A stretch of DNA of 64,000 bases from an uncultured Spirochaetota bacterium. GTDB lineage: Bacteria > Spirochaetota > Spirochaetia > SZUA-6 > Fen-1364. Below, in pieces: positions 33,091-43,890 of this stretch. The position numbers and the translations under genes were made by a program. The DNA lies in assembly GCA_963734545.1 (NCBI GenBank), contig CAVTHO010000003.1, forward strand, positions 352,001 through 416,000, written 5' to 3'. The notes beneath the pieces are model-generated. The model was not told the DNA's origin. It worked only from the letters and a program-made list of their open reading frames with translations, and searched no databases. The number at the start of each line of letters is the position of its first letter. Positions within the stretch are counted from its first letter, which is position 1.

Positions 33091-33801
33091 CTATCGGGCG
33101 GACAAGCTTCCCGGCGCGTAGGGGCCGGAGACCACCCCGTAGCCGGCCTTCTCGTCCCACGCGAACACGCGATAGGTGAAGCCCGCCGTCAGCGCCGGCG
33201 AGGCGCTGAGGATGGTTCTTATTTCCAGGGGAGGGGATTTGCTCCCTGCCGGAAACGCCGCCACGAACCTTCCATCGGAGCTGTATGTCCACACCTCGTA
33301 CGCCGCGTAGGGGCCTGACACCCTGATGATTCCTCCTGCCACGCTCGAGGAAGGGTACGCGGCGTCCGCCGCGCCGACGGCGCGGGCGGGAATCGTCACG
33401 GTGTCTTCCACGGTGTCCCCCCCCGCGTCCTGCAGAACGACCCTGTAGGGGCCGGCGGGGAGCCTGGCTGACCCGGGCATGAAGAGAGACGTGCTCCCGA
33501 TCCAGCTCTCCCCCTCGGCAGTGGAGGTGGACCACGCGCCGCTTTCCACCTTCCAGAAGAGCTCCGCGTCGTCGTTGATCACGTAGAACGCGCCGAGGTT
33601 CTCCAGTCCCTCCGGGTCATTCGCCACGAGGAAGACTCCGAGTGTTTCGGATTTCCTGCCGCTTCCCGTGTCGTGCACATAGATGGCGCGCGCGAATACC
33701 CGGGAGATGGTCGGCGGCTTGCCGGCGCAGCCGGCCAGGACCAGAACCAGGAGCGCGCAGAGGGCGGCGGCTGCGGTGCCGGTCCGGAGGGTCCTCCTCA
33801 C
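33091..33801 (-). CDS. Hypothetical lipoprotein
   Basis: Lipobox VLAGC; GTG start overlapping the tdk stop. Confidence 0.6.
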   Translation of the reverse strand: MRRTLRTGTAAAALCALLVLVLAGCAGKPPTISRVFARAIYVHDTGSGRKSETLGVFLVANDPEGLENLGAFYVINDDAELFWKVESGAWSTSTAEGESWIGSTSLFMPGSARLPAGPYRVVLQDAGGDTVEDTVTIPARAVGAADAAYPSSSVAGGIIRVSGPYAAYEVWTYSSDGRFVAAFPAGSKSPPLEIRTILSASPALTAGFTYRVFAWDEKAGYGVVSGPYAPGSLSAR

Positions 33802-34916
33802 AGCTTCTCCAGCACGGTGGCCCGCCGGCAGTCGGACAGGCGGCGCTGCAGGTAGTCGACGTCCAGCCGGAGCTCTTTCACAAGGCACAGGAACAGGGAG
33901 TCCGGCACGATGTTTTGTTCCGTGAACAGAAACAGCAGCGCCCTCTCCGCGATGCAGGACACGCGCAGCGAGTTCATCCGGATTTCCTCGTACCTGTCAC
34001 GGAAGTGGGCGTACAGCAGGGATTTCTCCAGGTTGTCCTTGATGAGAGACAGCTCCTCGCGAAGGGGCGCCGCGTCCCCCCGTGCCGCCTGCGCGCCGAG
34101 GGGCTTGAGAACGAGGAAGGTGTACTCCTTGCCCGGCAGATAGTGATGGTCGTCGCAGCGGGTGCAGTAGTTCGGCTCCAATGGATCATGCACCTCGCGG
34201 TCTCCGCCGATCACCAGCAGGGGATCGAAGTAGAGCGCGGGACACTCCCGTCCGTCCACCGTGTAGTACCGGTAGGTATAGAAGGAATCCTGGAGACACT
34301 CGGGATGCTCGCAGTAGGCGGTGAGAGGGAACACGTCCGTGGCCGTGTCCAGCAAAAGCCGCGCGGTCGTATTGAATATCTCGCGCCGGAAATTCAGCAC
34401 GAGCGAGGGGAAGATGAATGTCAGCCCCCGGGTCCGCGAAGCGTTTTCCACCACGTAGGCGAGCCGCTCCTCGTAGAAGGATGCCTCGTCGATGACCCAG
34501 GTCCCCGCCTCCGGGTTCTCCGCCATGACGCGCTCCAGGTCGAACGAGCTTGAGATCGAGGCGATGTTCTTCCCGCAGCGCACGAACCCCCCGCGGTAGG
34601 GAAGCGCATCCGGCGGGTAATCGGGAAACCTCCTGACATCCAGCGCGGAACGGATGAAGAACACGATCCTGCGGTCAGCCCCATCGGCGCGCGTGCTGAG
34701 CGCGGCGGCCCCCTTTTTCCTGCGCGCCACCTCGGAATCCCGCCAGATCCGCGCGGAGAACTCGGTCTTGCCCGAGCCCATGGAGCCGATCACGAGGATC
34801 CGCCGTGACGGCCGCGAGAAGTCGAAGTGATTGAACGAGTGATGAACCCTGACCTCGGGGAATCCGAGGCTCTTCAGGAAGGTTCGTGTGTCCTGGCTCT
34901 CCGGCGCGCCGTCCAT
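33798..34916 (-). CDS. tdk: Thymidine kinase (long form)
   Basis: GSMGSGKT, WVIDEASF, LTAYCEHPEC, YCTRCDDH zinc motifs. Confidence 0.8.
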   Translation of the reverse strand: MDGAPESQDTRTFLKSLGFPEVRVHHSFNHFDFSRPSRRILVIGSMGSGKTEFSARIWRDSEVARRKKGAAALSTRADGADRRIVFFIRSALDVRRFPDYPPDALPYRGGFVRCGKNIASISSSFDLERVMAENPEAGTWVIDEASFYEERLAYVVENASRTRGLTFIFPSLVLNFRREIFNTTARLLLDTATDVFPLTAYCEHPECLQDSFYTYRYYTVDGRECPALYFDPLLVIGGDREVHDPLEPNYCTRCDDHHYLPGKEYTFLVLKPLGAQAARGDAAPLREELSLIKDNLEKSLLYAHFRDRYEEIRMNSLRVSCIAERALLFLFTEQNIVPDSLFLCLVKELRLDVDYLQRRLSDCRRATVLEKL

Positions 34917-34998
34917 GAACCGCAAGCATAGTCCGCGCGACGCGCGACGTCAACGCGTGCGAGTTGACAGAGTGCCGGAATCGACCTACGGTGCCCGA

Positions 34999-37557
34999 AT
35001 GGCCCTTACGGAAGAGCAGGTGAAGACATTGACAGGCCTGACCGAGGAACAGGCGAGGCTGATCCTGGCGAAGGAGGGGATGAACGAGCTGCCGTCCTCG
35101 AAGAAGCGCGGCATCTTTTCCATCGCCTTCGAGGTGGTCAAAGAGCCCATGTTCCTGCTCCTGATCGCGTGCGGCGTCATCTACCTGGTGCTCGGCGACA
35201 TCCAGGAGGCGATCATGCTTCTCGGGTTCGTCGTGGTGATCATGGGCATCACCATCTTTCAGGAACAAAAGACGGAAAACACGCTGGAGGCCCTGCGGGA
35301 CCTCTCGAGCCCCCGGGCCCTGGTCATACGGGAAGGCGAGCGGCGGAGGATCCCCGGCAGGGAGGTGGCGCGCGGGGACCTCCTGGTTCTTTCCGAGGGG
35401 GACCGGGTGCCGGCGGATGCCCTGCTCCTCTGGTGCGTCAACATCTCAGCCGATGAGTCGCTTCTGACGGGCGAGTCGGCAGCCGTGCGGAAGTCCGCCG
35501 GCGACCCTGACACGCCATTGCAGAGACCGGGCGGAGAGGACACCCCTTTCGTCTATTCCGGCACCCTGATTGTGCATGGACGGGGGGTCGCCGTCGCGAA
35601 GGCCACCGGCGCGGACTCGGAGATCGGGAGGATCGGGAAAGCGCTGCAGACGGTACAGCAGGAACAGACCCCTCTCCAGAAGGAAACAGCCTCCATCGTC
35701 AAGGCAATCTTCGCGGGCGCGCTGCTGCTGTGCGCTGTCCTGGTCGTGGTATACGGCCTCACGCGCGGGAACTGGCTGGAAGGGATTCTCTCCGGCATCA
35801 CGCTGGCGATGGCGATGCTCCCGGAAGAGTTTCCCGTCGTGCTCACGATCTTTCTCGCTCTCGGCGCATGGCGCATCTCCCAGAACAGGGTGCTTGCGCG
35901 CAGGATGGCGGCGGTGGAGACCCTTGGCGCAGCCACCGTGCTGTGCGCGGACAAGACGGGCACTCTCACCCAGAACAGGATGAAGATCCGCATGCTGCGT
36001 GCCGGCGGCGTCTCTCTCGATCTGGCGGAGAGCAGGGGCGCCGTTCCCGAGAGCTTTCACGAGCTGCTGGAGTTCGGCATTCTCGCCAGCCAGGAAGACC
36101 CGTTCGACCCGATGGAGAAAGCGATCCAGGAGGCGGGTGCCCTCACCCTGACGAATACCGAGCATCTGCACAGGAGCTGGACCATGGTGCAGCAGTACCC
36201 CCTGTCGCGGGACCTGCTCGCGCTCTCCCACGTGTGGAAGTCGGTGTCCGGGGCCGGCTACGTCGTCGCCACGAAGGGCGCGCCGGAGGCCATCGCGGAT
36301 CTCTGCCATTTCGACACCGGAGCGCGCCGAGGCGCTGGCCCGCGAGGTGCACGATCTGGCGGACCGGGGCCTGCGGGTGCTGGGTGTGGCGAAGGCCGGT
36401 TTTCCGGAGAGTGACCTTCCCGGCGCGCAGCACGAGTTCGTCTTCGAGTTCATCGGCCTGGTCGGACTGGAAGATCCCATACGGCCGACGGTGCCTCCGG
36501 CCATCGCAGAATGCTACGAAGCGGGCATCAAGGTCGTGATGATCACGGGAGATTACCCCGTGACGGCGCAGAAAATTGCCCGGCAGATCGGGATGCGGGG
36601 CGGGGAGACCGTGATCACGGGGCAGGACCTTGCGCGCATGTCCCCCGGGAGCTGCGGGAGCGAGTGAGGGAGACGACCATCTTTGCCCGGGTGGTGCCCG
36701 AGCAGAAGCTTCTCATCGTGGATGCGTTCAAGGCGAACGGCGAGGTGGTGGCCATGACCGGGGACGGGGTGAACGACGCGCCCGCGCTGAAGTCCGCGCA
36801 CATCGGCGTGGCCATGGGGGAAAGGGGTACCGACGTGGCGCGGGAGGCGTCCGCCCTCGTGCTGCTGGACGACGACTTCTCCTCCATCGTCGCAGCGGTG
36901 AGGATGGGACGGAGGATCTTCGACAACCTGAAAAAGGCGATGGCATACATCATCAGCGTGCATGTCCCCATCGCTCTCGCATCCCTGGTGCCCGTGCTCT
37001 TGAATTGGAAGGAGATGATCCTGTTCCCCGTGCACATCGTGTTCCTGGAGCTGATCATCGATCCGGCGTGCTCCGTCGTGTTCGAGGCCGAAGCGGGGGA
37101 GCGGGACATCATGAAGCGCATGCCGCGCAGCCCGAAGGACCGCCTCTTCGGCAGGCGGAGCCTGGTGACCAGCGCCATCCAGGGGCTGGTGGCTTTTGGA
37201 GCGGTGATCGCGGTCTACGCGGCGGCGCTCGCCCTCGGGGAGAGCGTGGCCCAGGCCCGCACGCTGTCCTTCGTGACGCTCATCGTGTCCAATCTCTGCC
37301 TTATCCTCACCAACCGCAGCTGGCAGCGCAGCCTGTTCACGTCCTTTGCCGTCCGCAACCCCGCGCTCCTCTGGGTCATCGGCGGCGCGCTCGCTTTCCT
37401 GGCTCTCGTGGTATACGTCCCGGCGCTGCAGCGTCTTTTCCACTTCGCCTTCATGCAGCCGCTGGATCTCGCCCTCGCGGGTGCCGCCGGTCTCTTCAGT
37501 ATCTTGTGGTTCGAAGTGATGAAGCTTGTCAGGCGCAGGCGGCTTCGAGCCGGCTGA
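34999..37557 (+). CDS. Cation-transporting P-type ATPase (type II-like); two frameshifts at ~36317 and ~36648
   Basis: LTGES, PEEFP, CADKTGT, KGAPE, EDP.RP, MITGD, MTGDGVNDAPALK across ORFs 34888-36414, 36347-36667 and 36511-37557. Confidence 0.88.
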
Positions 37558-37579
37558 GCGGGGAAGGCGCGTGCGCCCT

Positions 37580-40500
37580 TTACGCGAACAGCGTGAGCTG
37601 CCGGTCGCGCGGCGGGCGGCGCGGGGTCTTGTCCACCAGGCAGCGCGCAGGTATTTCCGACAGGAACCGGCTCGGCAGGGCGCCCTGCACCTTTCCATGC
37701 GCGCGGCGACTGGCGCAATGGCTGATGAAGAGAAAGTCGCGTGCCCGGGTAACGGCGACGTAGAACAGCCGGCGCTCCTCCGCCAGGTCATCCGGCAGGC
37801 GCGCAGAATCCACGGAGTACCGTGGCGTGACTCCTTCCTCCGCGCCCGCGATGAACACGACCGGGAACTCCAGGCCCTTGGCCGCGTGGAATGTCAGGAG
37901 AGCCACCTTCTGCGCGGCCCGCGCCCACTCGCTTTCTCGCGCGCAGAGGGAAACACGGGAGAGGAAACCGCGGAGGTCCGACCCGTGTTCCGCCGCGAAA
38001 TCGCGCAGAGCTTCTTCTCCGAGCACAACGTCCGGTGAGGAGGTGTCGAACCGCACCACGCTGCTCCGCGCATCGTCAATGAGAGCGCAGACACCTTCCG
38101 AGCCGGCCTTCCGCGCAAGCTCGGCTCCGCGGAGCGAGCCAGTCCTCCACCGACGCGGCGGGGCTTCCGCCGGCCGCGTGGGCGCGGAGGATGCGCAGTG
38201 ATACCGGGTCTGCCGGGCATGACCACCAGCCTGAGCGCCGCGACAAGGGAACGGAAGGGCTCCTCTTCGGCGAGCGGGGTGCCGGCGCCGAGCGTGAGCG
38301 GCAGCCCGGCGCCTGCCAGCGAGGGGAGAAGCGCGTCCCGGACAGCGCGCGTGCGAAAGAGGACCGCGATGTCCGAGAACGCGTAGCCGCCGCGGTCACG
38401 GTACGGCGTACTCGCCGAACGGGTACTCCCGTATTCAGCGACATTTTCGAGCTCGCGTCCCCTCGCCGCGTCCACGGACACGGAATCCACGCCCCCGACA
38501 AGGTCGCTGATCGAACCGGCAATGATTTTTCCTTCCTCCTGCGGGTCCGAGACCCTGAGCAGCCGTACCCTGGCGCCTTCCGGCCGAACCGCAGCGAGCA
38601 GGGGAGCGCCCTGCGCGCGCGCACGGTGGAAATCAATGCGTCGGCAGAGGCTACGATGGCCCCGGCAGATCGATAGTTGCGTGTCAGGTAAAAGGTGCGG
38701 GCGCCGGTCTGCTCGCCGAATCGGAAAAACAATTCCCTGTCTGAGCCGCGAAAGCCATAGATGGCCTGGTCGGGGTCCCCGATGCCCAGCACCCGCTCCA
38801 CGGAGGGGCAAAGCTGCATCAGAAGCTCGTACTGGGGCTTGTTGATGTCCTGGAGCTCGTCGATGGCAATGAGACCGTATCGAGCGGAGAGCTCGGCTCG
38901 GAATGCTCCGTCGGCCTGCAGCGCGGCATTCAGCCGCGTCACCAGGGACGAGAGGTCCGCGCCGCCGATGCGACGCAGCTCCTCCTCGTACCTGTCCATT
39001 ACGATTTGCAGGTCCGTTCCCGGTTCCTCCATCCCTTCCCAGCACCGCTCCATGCGCTCCGCAAGGGCGCCGCGGTACGCCGCGGATTCGGCATTGCGGT
39101 ACGCCGCGGATTCGGCCTTCACCCGACCGGTCACCTGCCGGAAGAAGCATTTCCAGCAGCTCGGCCCTCTGCGAGGGGGCATAGACGGCAAGGAGCGAGG
39201 GATCGCGCTCCCTGAGGACCGACCAGCAGAAGGAATGAAATGTCGCTGCGGTGATCTTGTCAGCCTGTCCCGGGCAGCAGGAGCGCAAGCCGGTCTTTGA
39301 GCTCTCCGGCCGCCCGGTTGGTAAAAGTGAGCGCAAGGACCCGGCCCGGCTCGATGGCCCCGGTGCGCACCTGACGGGAGATCCAGGCCACCAGGAGTCG
39401 GGTCTTCCCGGTGCCGGGACCTGCCAGGACCAGGCTGCGCCGGGAATCGCAATCAACGATGGCGCGTCTGTTCGTCGTCGAGAATCGCGGGGTCCTCCAT
39501 GGTATCCTGCGCGCGCGCGCGCAGCCTGAAGGGGGAGGGCCCGCGCGCCTTCCGGGACGAGGATGCGCGTCTCGGCTTGAAAGAGCTCATCCTGTCCCCG
39601 GAGCCTGATCAGCTCCGCGTCGTTGAAGACCCGGATGACTCCGAACTCCCCGTCATAGCCGGGCCGGGGATCGATTCTTCCCTCCCTCATGCGCCGCACG
39701 GCCTCGGCCAGAAGGCTGCCCTGTGAGCGCGAGATGTCTTCCAGCGCCGCGTCGAGGAGGAACCCGTATTCGTTCCCGAACGCCGTGATGATCCGGCCGT
39801 ACAGGCCGGTGACCGCTTTCGAGCCGGAGCCGCTGCCCGCAATTTCCGCGAGGAGCTCGGGGAGGGGTATGATGTAGCTGAATCCTTCAGCCCTCCGCGG
39901 CGGCAGCGGCTCGGCCCTGTCCGCGAGCGCGAGCACCCGGTTGAGCACGCCCACGGTGACGGGCGTGCCGCACACGGGACACATGCCGCCCGTTTTCAGC
40001 GTCTGGTCCGGCTCCATGCAGACCCCGCACTTGCGGTGGCCGTCGTAGTGGTACTTTCCCTCTTCAGGGTAGAACTCGAACGTCCCCAGGAAGCCCTCGC
40101 CGGTCCGGAGGGCATCGACAAGGCCCTGCCAGCTTTGCTCGGTGTCGAGGAGATTCGCCTCCCTGCCGAGCCTGCCCGGCGAGTGCGCGTCCGAGTTCGA
40201 GATCAGCCGGTAGCGGTCGAGGGCGCTCCAGCGCCAGTTCATGAGCGGATCCGAGGAAAGGCCCGTTTCCAGCGCGAAGATGTGCGGGGTGAGCTCCTCG
40301 AAGCAGTCTTCGATGCGGTCGAAGCCCGACTTCGAGCCGAAGAGGGAGAACCATGGCGTCCAGATGTGGGCGGGGATGAGGAACGAGTCAGGCGAAGTCT
40401 CCAGGAGCAGGGAAAGCAGGTCCTTCGGGTCCAGCCCCAGGATGGGCCGGCCGTCCGAGGCGATGTTGCCTATGGTCGCGAGCTTCGTGCTCATCCGGCG

Positions 40501-40852
40501 CGCGTCTTCCAGGGTGGGCACGCCGATCAGGCTGTGCACTTTTCGCACCTGCCCCTGCTTCTTGTAGATGGAGCTGATTTCCGTGGTCAGGATGAATCGG
40601 ACCGGGTGGTCCGCCGGGCACAGCCCCTTCGAGGGGCGAGCCCTCGGGCGGTTCCCTGAGCGCGTACAGACCGTCCTTCTCCACGAGCCGGTCTTCCAGC
40701 TCCGCGAGCCACCCGGGGTGAGTGAAATCACCGGTGCCCACGACCCCGATGCCTTTGACCCTGGCCCAGCGATAGTAGCCCGCCAGGTCAGCCTCCCTGC
40801 TCGTGGCCCGCGAATATCGGGAGTGCACGTGCAGGTCGGCAACGTATCTCAT
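37580..40852 (-). CDS. PHP/EndoQ-like nuclease fused to a UvrD/PcrA-like helicase; about 6 frameshifts
   Basis: ADLHVHSRYSRATS, GTGDFTHP, PAHIWTPW, NSDAHS, GKYHYDGHRKC, CPVCG; LVLAGPGTGKT (39402-39433), TFHSF, DELQD, GDPDQAIYGFRG, NYRS, HAAKGLEF, EERRLFYVAVTRA. Confidence 0.85.
38397..38436. repeat. Double-hairpin element inside the uvrD-like CDS
   Basis: cggcg-tact-cgccg a acggg-tact-cccgt; homologues at 49675-49714 and (reverse) 43812-43840. Confidence 0.85.
39072..39116. repeat. Tandem hairpin element (period 24) inside the uvrD-like CDS
   Basis: gcggtacgccgcggattcggc at 39072-39092 and 39096-39116. Confidence 0.9.
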
Positions 40853-41442
40853 GCGGATTTCGCGAAAATCGTCCTGATCTCTTCCTTGGCGCCGTCCAGC
40901 ACTTCCCCGTATTTCATGTCGAGCTGGGAGAGGTACTGGCGGATCATGGACTGGAACTCGGGATCCGCCGCAGGGTTGATCTTCACCGGCCTGCCCATCT
41001 GCCGGGACAGCTCCTCTTCCTTCTTCTTCAGCCTCTGGGAGTACTGGCGCTCGACGGTCTCCACCAGGCGCTTGCGCTCGCCGAGGTACTCCTTGAAAAA
41101 GCCGTCGAGCTGGCTGAATATCGTGGTCACCTTGCGCGCGTCCGAGACGGCGAGCGACACGGCTTCCCCAATGCGTTTCAAGTCTTTCGTTGCGAACTCG
41201 TCGATCGGGAGAACGAGGTTGGCAAGAAGGGACTGGACAAGCCCCTCCCTCACCGTCCGGGCCTGGGAAGCGTCATAGCCCTTGAGCGCAGCCTTGAGAT
41301 CGTATGCAGGGTCCTCCAGCATCCTGGACACGAGCTTTTTCCCTTCGTCTCGGAGCCGGTTCGTCTCCACCAGCTCCTTGTTCGCTTCTATGCCCTTGGA
41401 GTTCTCCATCGCGATTTCGAGCGCCGATTTTATGATTCCCAT
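40849..41442 (-). CDS. Hypothetical helical protein
   Basis: Clean ORF with RBS; MGIIKSALEIAME start; ATGA-coupled to the downstream nuclease-helicase. Confidence 0.75.
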   Translation of the reverse strand: MGIIKSALEIAMENSKGIEANKELVETNRLRDEGKKLVSRMLEDPAYDLKAALKGYDASQARTVREGLVQSLLANLVLPIDEFATKDLKRIGEAVSLAVSDARKVTTIFSQLDGFFKEYLGERKRLVETVERQYSQRLKKKEEELSRQMGRPVKINPAADPEFQSMIRQYLSQLDMKYGEVLDGAKEEIRTIFAKSA

Positions 41443-41493
41443 CTATTTTTCTCCCTCACCCGGTGTGCAATGTAATCTGGCCTTGTGCGCGAA

Positions 41494-42076
41494 TCAAGCA
41501 GGGAGAAGGATGGTATCCTTCTCCGTGACCGCGCCGTCCAGGCGCTGGTCCCTTTCACCGTGAGGGACCTCTTCCACGAGCTGTTCGGAAACGCAGACGC
41601 CTATGGCGGCGATGCTCTTCGCGGTGCGCCGTGCCCCGGCCAGGAACCTGTCGTAGTAGCCTTTGCCCCTGCCCAGCCGATTGCCCTGCCGGTCGAAGGC
41701 AAGACCGGGCACCGTCACGAGCACGCATGCGGCGCGCGCGAGGTCCACCGGCAGCCACGCGGGATCCGGTTCCGGTATGCCCCAGGCATCGCGCGGGAGC
41801 TCCCCCGCATCCGGCGGCATGACGACGAAGCGGATGTCATTTTCCTCGATGCAGGGGACCGCGACGGTCTTGCCCTCGCGCGCGCGCTTCCGAGATCATC
41901 GCCGCGGTGTCCAGCTCGTGGGGCATGGACAGAAAACACAGGACCGTGTCGGCCCGGCGCCAGGCGTCTGTCAGCGCGAGGCGTCCCGCGACGACCGCGC
42001 TCCGCGCCGCGAGGTCCGCCGCGCCGATCCCGCGCAGGCGGCGCTTCATCGCCGCGCGCATTTCCGTCTTGTTCAT
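41494..42076 (-). CDS. 5-formyltetrahydrofolate cyclo-ligase (frameshifted around 41810-41880)
   Basis: MNKTEMR..., FLSMPHELDT; WGIPEP, VPGLAFDRQGNRLGRGKGYYDRFL, VPHGERD. Confidence 0.85.
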
Positions 42077-42105
42077 GCTACATTCATACGGACGGGGAGA
42101 TGGAT

Positions 42106-43813
42106 ATGCAAGAGCAGGGGGCCGCGCCCAGGGCCGATTTCTGGGATTTCACGCGCGCGAGCATCATCGGGGAAAGCACCCTGATCGAGACGCCGTTCGG
42201 CAGCAGGCGGGTCACCTACGCCGACCACACCGCCTCGGGCCGGGGGGTGGCATTCATCGAAGACCGGATGCGCGACGTGCTGGAGCTGTACGGCAACACG
42301 CACACGGAGGACGATGCGACGGGCACCCTCACCTCCGAGCGCCTGCGCGATGCCGAGGCCACGATCAAGAGGCTCGTGCACGCGGGCCCCGCGCACATGA
42401 TCGTCACCGTCGGCGCCGGGGCCACCGCGGCGGTGCACCACCTCCAGCAGATCCTGGGCATCTATGTCCCGCCCGCGGGCAGGGATTTTTTCGAGACTCT
42501 GCTCAGGGAGCATCTCCCGGCCTCGCAGAATGAAGCCCTGGCCGCCCTGCTCGGCGCCTCCCGCCCCGTGGTCTTCGTCGGTCCCTACGAGCATCACTCG
42601 AATGAAGTCTCCTGGCGGGAGTGCTACGCCGAGGTCGTCGAGATCGAGCTCACCCCGGAGGGCCTGCTCGATCTCGAGGACCTGCGCGCCAAGGTGTCCC
42701 GGGAAGGATACGCGGGCAGGCGCAAGATCGGCGCTTTCTCCGCTGCCTCCAATGTCACGGGCGTGAAAACGCCGGTGCACGAGGTCGCACGGATCCTGCA
42801 TCGCCACGACGCGCTTGCGTTCTTCGATTTCGCCGCGCTCGCGCCGTACGAGCCCATCGACATGTGCCGGGACGCCGAGTCGTGTTTCGATGCGATCTAT
42901 TTCTCCCCGCACAAGCTCCTCGGGGGTCCGGGAAGCTGCGGCGTGCTCATCTTTCACCGCAGAATCTACCGCGGCGATCTTCCCCCCACGGTGGGCGCCG
43001 GTGGCACGGTGGACTTCGTGAGCTTCGACGACCAGGCCTACAGCGCCGACATCGAGGTCCGGGAGAAGGCCGGCACGCCGGGCATCCTGCAGACCCTCCG
43101 GGCGGCGCTCGCCATGGAGCTGAAGGAGAAGCTGGGTGCCGCGCGCATCGCGGAGCGTGAGGGGGACCTGGTGCGCAGGGTGCACGCCGCCCTTTGCGGG
43201 CACCCGGCCATCGATCTCATGGGCAATGTCGGACCGGAGCACCGGCTGCCGATTTTCTCCTTCAATGTAAGGGTGGGCACGTCGTGGCTGCACCCGCGAT
43301 TCGTCACCCGGCTCCTCAATGACCTTTTCGGCATCCAGAGCAGGGCGGGGTGCTCGTGCGCCGCGCCGTACGGTCACCGGATCCTCCACATCGACGCGAA
43401 GAAGTCCCGGGACCTCCGGCGCTCCATCATGGGCGGAAACGTCGGTCTCAAGCCGGGCTGGGCCCGGGTGAACTTCCACTTCCTTCTCAGCGACGAGGAG
43501 GTCGATTTCATCTGCCGCGCCATCCTTTTCGTGGCGGAGCAGGGAAAGCATTTTCTGCCTCTCTATCGCTTCGACATCCACAGCGGGTCCTGGCAGCACG
43601 GCGAGTTCGCGCCCCGTCACAGCGTCTTCGGTCTGGAGGAGGCGCTGGCGCCGGGCGCGGGCGCGGCGCGCGCGGCAGAGGACGATCATGGCGCGCTTTT
43701 TGCGCGCTACCTGGCCGAGGCGGAAAGCCTGGCGCGCGGCCTGCAGGGACCGCTGGTCGGATACGAATCTCAAGCACACGGAGGAGGACCTGATCCCCTT
43801 CGTGTACATGTAA
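42106..43813 (+). CDS. Class V PLP aminotransferase / cysteine desulfurase-like; frameshift at ~43745
   Basis: YADHTASGR, YGNTHTE, GPYEHHSNE, AASNVTG, FSPHKLLGGPG, GIQSRAGCSCA; natural end ...EEDLIPFVYM-taa (43811-43813) lies in the shifted frame. Confidence 0.85.
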
Positions 43814-43890
43814 GGGGGTACCCTTTCGGCGAATACGCCGGTTCTGGGCGCCGCGGTAGTCGGCCGCGGCCCGGAATGCTATTTTTCATC

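Noticed and set aside
42077-42105. 6S RNA upstream of the 5-formyl-THF cyclo-ligase
   Set aside because: Only ~30 bp separate the divergent genes, leaving no room.
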